Origin: Candidatus Micrarchaeota archaeon
GTDB lineage: Archaea > Micrarchaeota > Micrarchaeia > Norongarragalinales > SBBD01
Assembly: GCA_043813365.1 (NCBI GenBank)
Contig: JBDRLB010000044.1
Coordinates: 1 to 34,635, forward strand
Direction of reading: 5' to 3'
Length of the DNA stretch: 34,635 bases
Shown here: positions 29,209 to 34,635 of the stretch, in pieces
Numbering within the stretch: the stretch's first letter is position 1
How the letters are laid out: each line of letters begins with the position of its first letter
Translations under genes and position numbers: made by a program
The notes under the pieces: generated by a model
Database searches by the model: none
What the model saw: only the letters and a program-made list of their open reading frames with translations
What the model was told of the DNA's origin: nothing

Positions 29209-29322
29209 ATTCCTAACACCCTTTCAACGGAAAATATGTTTTTGGGGGAGGGAGTTTATAATATGTGCGAAATCACCGGATAAAGAGGGCCCCTTCAGGT
29301 ATCGCGGCTAAGTACGATCCGC

Positions 29323-30960
29323 TCACGATTTCTTCACATCGATCCGCATCCCGAGTTTCTTCTCAAGCTTCGTGATGTTTGCACCCTTCTTCCCAATAAC
29401 GCGCGCAAATTGGTGCTCAGGAACGTACAAAATGAGCTTGTTCCCTAAAAGCTCGTAATTGTAGTTCTGCAATTCGGAATTCAGAATGCGCACGATTTTC
29501 TGCTCATCCACGAATTTTGGCGAAGTGTCAGAATATGAGCCGGAATCATCGCCGGAATCATCCTCGTGCTTCCCCCACTTGTTGTGCTTGACACCGGGGC
29601 CTTTCAGCTCCCTTTTCCGGAGAGGGAAAACAACTGTTTCCTCGCCGAATTTGTAAATTTCGTATTCCGGCTGCTTTGTGTGGAAATCGCGCACCTCAAT
29701 GACAGGGCGCGAGAGGTCCTGCTCGAACATCCCCGAAGGCACCTTCATGGTGAAAACGAGGTCGAACACCTTTGCGATTTTCCCCTTTTCAATGAAGAGA
29801 ATTGTGTCCAGCACTTGCGGGATGAGGCCCAAATCGATTTTTCCGATGAACCTTTGCACCGCATCGATTGGTTTGGAAGCATGCACAACGCCGATCATCC
29901 CTACACCAGCTAAACGCAAATCAGTGAAGGTGTGAAAATCCTCGGGCTTGCGAATTTCATCGTAGACGGTGTAATCGGGCCGTACTAACAAAAGAATGTC
30001 CGCTGCCTGCACAAATGAGCCCTCAAGGGGAGCGTATTGCGTGATTTCCTTGCTTACTTGCAAATCGCGCGGCTGCTCCAGTGTTTTTATGATTTTCCTG
30101 TTGCCCGCGTAATATTCCGCAAGAGCTGTTGCGAAAGTCGATTTTCCGGAGCCCGGAGGGCCAGCGATGATGATGCCTTCCGCCTGTGCCTGCAGCCTCT
30201 GGAAAAGTTCCTCCGAAATCTCGTAATCCTCGATGGAGAGCTTGGCTATTGGCCGCACCAACGTGAGCTCGAACCCTTCGGAGAACGGTGGCCGCGTGAA
30301 AGTGACGCGGTAGTCCCCTATCTGGAGCACTGTTGCGCCCTTCTTGTCAATCTCGATGAAGCTTTTGGGCCCCCTTTTCGAATATTCGATCGCTTCCTTG
30401 ACCAGTTTCTCTATTTCGTCCTTCGTAATCGGCTTGTCGGAAAGGTCGGTAAGCACGAACTCGCCCGGAAGCCCGATTTTTGCGCGTGGGACGCAATTCT
30501 CCTTCAGGTGAACTGAAAGCGTGTTCTTTGTCTCGAAGAACCTGGAGAAAGAGATTTTCGCCTCCGTAACAATGGGGCGCAAATATTCAACTACAATGCC
30601 TTCAGCGACTCCAACACGGCTCTGGACTGCATCAGTTGTCATGAGGGTTGCATTGAGTTTTTTTGCCAATGCCCTTATTTTCGAGTCTATTTCCCCATAC
30701 CTCGCGTTCTGTATTTCGAACGCAGAGGGGCGGTCGCCGTCGAATTCGACCTCTATTTTTGCGAGCTTCTGCATCTCCTGCAGCTTCTTCAGCTCGTCAA
30801 GGCCTGCAAAGCCCACTTCTTTCCCTACATTGGCCTGGTATTCCAGCTCCGCTATTGTGGAGCGGGCGATTACCAGCCGGATCTTTTCGTGCCCCTTTGC
30901 GAGCAGCTCGGAAATCCTCCCGTCTATCAGTACTCCGGTGTCGGGTACGATTGTTTTCAT
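29323..30960 (-). CDS. PINA: PIN domain + ATPase + KH (PINc/VapC family ATPase)
   Basis: IVPDTGVLIDG PIN domain, GPPGSGKST Walker A, YDEIR Walker B, C-terminal KH VIGKKGANI. Confidence 0.93.
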   Translation of the reverse strand: MKTIVPDTGVLIDGRISELLAKGHEKIRLVIARSTIAELEYQANVGKEVGFAGLDELKKLQEMQKLAKIEVEFDGDRPSAFEIQNARYGEIDSKIRALAKKLNATLMTTDAVQSRVGVAEGIVVEYLRPIVTEAKISFSRFFETKNTLSVHLKENCVPRAKIGLPGEFVLTDLSDKPITKDEIEKLVKEAIEYSKRGPKSFIEIDKKGATVLQIGDYRVTFTRPPFSEGFELTLVRPIAKLSIEDYEISEELFQRLQAQAEGIIIAGPPGSGKSTFATALAEYYAGNRKIIKTLEQPRDLQVSKEITQYAPLEGSFVQAADILLLVRPDYTVYDEIRKPEDFHTFTDLRLAGVGMIGVVHASKPIDAVQRFIGKIDLGLIPQVLDTILFIEKGKIAKVFDLVFTMKVPSGMFEQDLSRPVIEVRDFHTKQPEYEIYKFGEETVVFPLRKRELKGPGVKHNKWGKHEDDSGDDSGSYSDTSPKFVDEQKIVRILNSELQNYNYELLGNKLILYVPEHQFARVIGKKGANITKLEKKLGMRIDVKKS

Positions 30961-31222
30961 ATTTCTTACCTCAGTTTGGCGGGGAAAGGGTTGAATTGAA
31001 ATTAGGCAATGAATGTATCACGCCAATGAACCGGAGGCGATTTGCCTTCCGTGTTCCTGTTTCCATTTGCAACTTTCCCGTCGTTTTAACTATCTAAGCA
31101 AAAACGTAATAGAATCAGACCGTAGCCTTATTTGCTATTAACCTTTCCTTAGAAAAAGCAGAGTTATATGGTATGGCGGATATTTAATTGTTTGTTTTAG
31201 GTTGCAGAACAGGCGGGCGCAA

Positions 31223-31816
31223 TCAAGCTCGCTGTTTCCCCTCCATGATCTTGCGCAGGTCCACCCTCCAGCGCCATGCGGATGCGGGGCCGGCTTCAGC
31301 ATATTTCTTTACAACTGGAATGTTCTTGTAGAATTTGATCACCTTTTCCTGGAATGCGACTTTCTTCAGCTCGGCTGCCGTGGCTTTCCGGAGGACGAGT
31401 TCGGTTCCGATCACATGCATTATGGGGTGGGTTTTTGCCAGATTCCGTATGAAATCCGATTTTACCAGCTTTTCGGCAAAATTGCGATGCTCTTCCCGAA
31501 TGCACTTTACAGTGAACTGCCGGAGAGGCAAACCTGAAGTCAGGGCCAGTTCGGAGTATAAAAGAGCGGGCAGACTCCGGTAAACACCTGCATACCCTAG
31601 GGTCAATGTTCCTGCCCCCAATAATGCGATAACCTCGGATCCTACCCTGAATTTCCTAAGCGCATTTATTCCATGAATGGGCCGGACTTCCTCCGGCCTT
31701 CTAAAATTCGTATTTTCCCTGCCGCCCAAATAGCGGTAACGGCTTATTGATTTCTCCAAAGTTTCATTGGAGGAGAAATCGATCCGGATTTCCTTTTCGA
31801 GGGGGTTTGAGGCCAT
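31223..31816 (-). CDS. Hypothetical basic membrane-associated protein
   Basis: ATG at 31816; central hydrophobic segments; no known motif. Confidence 0.55.
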   Translation of the reverse strand: MASNPLEKEIRIDFSSNETLEKSISRYRYLGGRENTNFRRPEEVRPIHGINALRKFRVGSEVIALLGAGTLTLGYAGVYRSLPALLYSELALTSGLPLRQFTVKCIREEHRNFAEKLVKSDFIRNLAKTHPIMHVIGTELVLRKATAAELKKVAFQEKVIKFYKNIPVVKKYAEAGPASAWRWRVDLRKIMEGKQRA

Positions 31817-31922
31817 GAAAAGATTATGACCGGAAAACAATTAAAGCGGTAAGTAAAACGGGAAGGAATTTAGGCTTTGGAAAAATCAGTAGGCAGGATA
31901 TTCGGGATTGGCGGGATAAATC

Positions 31923-32534
31923 TTATGCAGTAGGTATGCAGCCATTCCCGCTGGAAGTGCAGTCTGATTCATCCGTCGGGGGCTTGCCCTTTTCCGGGCA
32001 GGTTTCGGAGTAGATGCATGCTTCATCCGAAATGGAGGAAAGCTGGGAAGGAATGGATGCGTCGTCCGAAGGCCCGTAGCTAATGAGTATTTTATCGAGA
32101 TCGTTGAGCTCGTATTCCCCGAATTCACTATTCTGCTTCCCGTTCACGTATAATTTCAGGGTGTTCTGGCTGGAATTGCAGTAGGGGGTGCCGTCATCAA
32201 TGATGAAGCAGGTGGAATTGAAGTGCATATTCAGGGATTTGAAGAATAGCCCTAAAGTGGCGCCGGTTGCATGCTTGTGGAGGACATTGCCGTTGCCGTC
32301 ATGGAGATGGATGAAGGGAGAGAGCGTCTTATTGTCAGTTGATTGGTATTTTTCCTGCGTGAAATCAATTGCTGTTCCCAGCAGATAGGCCTTGAAATCC
32401 GCATGCTCGTGCACTTCACCAACAACGCCGGGTGTTTTCAGACGGGAAACGGGGTTCATTAGCACATATGCGATTATTACTGCAGCTAAGGCGAACAGCA
32501 CGATGGCTGTTTGGTGGTTCTTCCTGATTTTCAT
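31923..32534 (-). CDS. Membrane-anchored His-rich hypothetical protein
   Basis: N-terminal TM helix; HEHADF...IHLHDGNGNVLHKH...TLG.FF; Cys-rich tail. Confidence 0.8.
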   Translation of the reverse strand: MKIRKNHQTAIVLFALAAVIIAYVLMNPVSRLKTPGVVGEVHEHADFKAYLLGTAIDFTQEKYQSTDNKTLSPFIHLHDGNGNVLHKHATGATLGLFFKSLNMHFNSTCFIIDDGTPYCNSSQNTLKLYVNGKQNSEFGEYELNDLDKILISYGPSDDASIPSQLSSISDEACIYSETCPEKGKPPTDESDCTSSGNGCIPTA

Positions 32535-32610
32535 AACTATACCGGTAGGAAGCTTTTGGGGGTTAAGGTTAGAAAAGGTTTTCGGTGGTAATAGATATGG
32601 TGGTATTCAT

Positions 32611-33039
32611 ATGCCATATCGGCCTGGTGCGATTCAAGAAGTACGGGAAAGGGATATTCCGCTTTTGCGAGGAATGCTGAAAAGCATATCAAGGAGGGGA
32701 GAAATTGGATATACGCCTGCACAAGTACTTACTCATTACGAAGGAAGCGGGCCCGCCGCAGGAGCAAGGAGCATCAGCAATCGTGCAGAACGCCTGATTA
32801 GGCCCCTGCTTCAAAATGAAATTTTAACCGTAAGAAGGGGAAAGTACGTCATTACTGACGGAGCTTTAAGGGAGATCATTACCGCTCCAAAAGGGACAGG
32901 CAAGCATTTTCCAAGAAGCGAGGATATCCGGGGCCCAACTGAATCGAGGATTGCTTGGGCGATGCTGACACCGACTGAAGAAGCTAACCTTACCAGATTG
33001 GTTAATAGGCTTAGAAGCAAATATCGACCTCGTTGGTAA
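32611..33039 (+). CDS. Hypothetical basic protein, possibly winged helix
   Basis: ATG at 32611 after GGTGG; LIRPLLQNEILTVRRGKYVIT resembles a wHTH wing. Confidence 0.55.
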   Translation: MPYRPGAIQEVRERDIPLLRGMLKSISRRGEIGYTPAQVLTHYEGSGPAAGARSISNRAERLIRPLLQNEILTVRRGKYVITDGALREIITAPKGTGKHFPRSEDIRGPTESRIAWAMLTPTEEANLTRLVNRLRSKYRPRW

Positions 33040-33094
33040 GCCGCAAATCTGGTTATGTAGTTATTTCGTTCCACCCTAATGCTATATAGTTCGA

Positions 33095-33209
33095 TTTATG
33101 TGCAGCCAACCGAATAAATGTGCAAGAGGCAGTTTATGTGCAAAGCCCGGCCGTTCAGCCTTGCACCTAAACTCTTCCCTTAATGTGCAGCGAGGGTAAT
33201 TTGTGTGCA
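33095..33209 (+). repeat. Array of five TGTGCA-core direct repeats at the transposase 3' end
   Basis: TGTGCA starts at 33099, 33119, 33137, 33184 and 33204 (spacings 20, 18, 47, 20), each preceded by an A/T-rich tract. Confidence 0.7.
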
Positions 33210-34378
33210 GAAGCATTGAAATCAATCTGAAAACCATGCTCTCCCGATTCTTTTATCAGAACAACGATATTGTGGCAGAGCACTTTTGCCAAAGCTTCGT
33301 TTGTCTGCGCAACCTCTTTTCTTGAGAACAGCCTATTTTGGAACTTGCGCTTAAGCATGGAAAAGGTTGACTCGACGTTTGACCTGCGATGATAAATCTG
33401 CATGAATTTCTCCCGATCGTACTGGAAATAGTGATACATCTTGCGCCATGCTTCGGAACCAAATTTCCTTCCTGTTGCGTTTGATTTGTAGGGAATGAAG
33501 GGAACAATTCCCAAATCCCATGCGGTTTGCATGTTCTTCCTTGCAGAATAGCCTTTGTCGGCGCAAACAACTGTTGGTTTGAAGCCTTCGGCGGTTTCTT
33601 CTATTAGCTGACAGAATTCGGGCGAATCTGCGCAGTGGCCATCGGTTACAATGATTGAGGTTACGATGTTTGTTTTGACTCCGCAGCAAACGTGAACTTT
33701 TATCCAATCCTTAACACGTACGTCTTTGTTGAAGCGGTAATCAACCCAACGGGAATAGAATGCGCTTGAAAGGCCGCTTGCGTCAATTGCTATTGTTTCC
33801 TCGAAACCTGAGAGCGGCATTGCCGAAATTCTGATTAAATCTTTGAGAATTGGGATCAGCTCGGGCTTGTTTAGGTATTTGATGATTGTGTTGAAATGTG
33901 GCGTTCTACTAAGATAGCCTCTGCGCTTGGCGATTTCAAGGTCGCTAATTGATCGTCTTGAACTTAGGCACTCGTAAACTTTGGCTACAATTGCGAATGC
34001 CATTTCAGGCAGAGGCATATTGGGTCTTCCTGCTCTTCTTTTCCTTTCATCGGGAATAAGTGAGGTCAAATCCTCAAGCAATTCGAGGAACATTAGTTTT
34101 TCTTGCATCTGCGAATTGTTGTAATTGCCCCAGTCCACCTTATCCACATGCGGAAAGAGGGCGTTGGATTCAAAGAGGTTTTCAACACGTTCATCGGCGG
34201 TAATGGGCTTTCGTGGGCCCTTGCGAGGATCAAGGATGACTTGAGAGGATGGAATGGTAAATCTATTCCTGCAAGAAGCGCAGAAGTAGGTCTGCATTGC
34301 TCCATATGGAGCAAACCGAACTCCTACTCGTATTACTCTGAAAGAGTTACATCGCTTACATGAAACAATCGATTCCAT
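33167..34378 (-). mobile_element. DDE transposase (IS5/IS4-like, DDE_Tnp_1) with N-terminal Zn ribbon
   Basis: CKRC...CASC Zn ribbon; IDASG, CADKGY, YHRRSNVESTFSMLKR catalytic pattern. Confidence 0.9.
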
Positions 34379-34530
34379 TCGCTCACTTTATAGTTTTTCG
34401 TACGAATATATGTAACTATACGGTAGTAAACATTTAAAAATATATACTTTTTCGTCCGATTAAAGCTTAATATTAAAAGCTTTCCGTACTTTATAGTATA
34501 AAATTAATTATCTCTAATATCAATAACAGT

Positions 34531-34635
34531 ATGACAAATAAACCAATTGAAAAAACTGCTTTAAAAGATATTACAATTGATAATAAACCTATTGTAAAAG
34601 CTGAAATTGATTCTTACGTATGGAGTTTAATACTT
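34531..34635 (+). CDS. 5' part of an AT-rich hypothetical ORF, truncated by the window end
   Basis: MTNKPIEKTALKDITIDNKPIVKAEIDSYVWSLIL... open to the edge, with strongly AT-biased codons. Confidence 0.45.
   Translation, partial: MTNKPIEKTALKDITIDNKPIVKAEIDSYVWSLIL

Noticed and set aside
30971..31066. 31-aa minus-strand ORF upstream of PINA (METGTRKANRL...)
   Set aside because: No motif, no clear RBS and unremarkable composition; likely chance.
33095..33209. CRISPR array
   Set aside because: The repeat core is only 6-10 bp at ~20-bp pitch, too short for repeat-spacer units, and there are no cas genes.
33085..34420. Terminal inverted repeats TATAGTTCGATTTAT (33085-33099) and 34406-34420
   Set aside because: Only 12/15 matches in AT-rich DNA and no clear target duplication; cannot be told from chance.

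Overview
Gene-dense archaeal chromosomal segment, probably from a DPANN lineage such as Micrarchaeota (inferred from gene content, GGTGA-type ribosome-binding sites and many orphan proteins). Housekeeping genes: geranylgeranyl reductase, class I GAPDH, Sec61beta, thioredoxin, Glu dehydrogenase, HD dNTPase, adenylate kinase, tRNA-Lys(UUU), a PIN-hppA-rpoE'-spt4-rps24e-rps27ae cluster, PfkB kinase, beta-CASP nuclease and PINA ATPase. Three accessory blocks stand out. (1) Three tandem class III signal peptide (type IV pilin-like) surface proteins built from shared modules. (2) An HTH-10 regulator, a toxin-antitoxin pair, a palindromic site, a 30-aa peptide and two paralogous PEP-utiliser swivel-domain proteins with no nucleotide-binding domain; the second has an in-frame TAG. 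(3) A Zn-ribbon plus DDE transposase with a periodic TGTGCA repeat array at its 3' end, followed by an abrupt shift to AT-rich DNA, possibly the end of a larger cargo transposon. Also seen: a non-canonical start in the beta-CASP gene, a nicotinamidase-like protein lacking its catalytic Cys, and a strongly structured sequence right after the tRNA.
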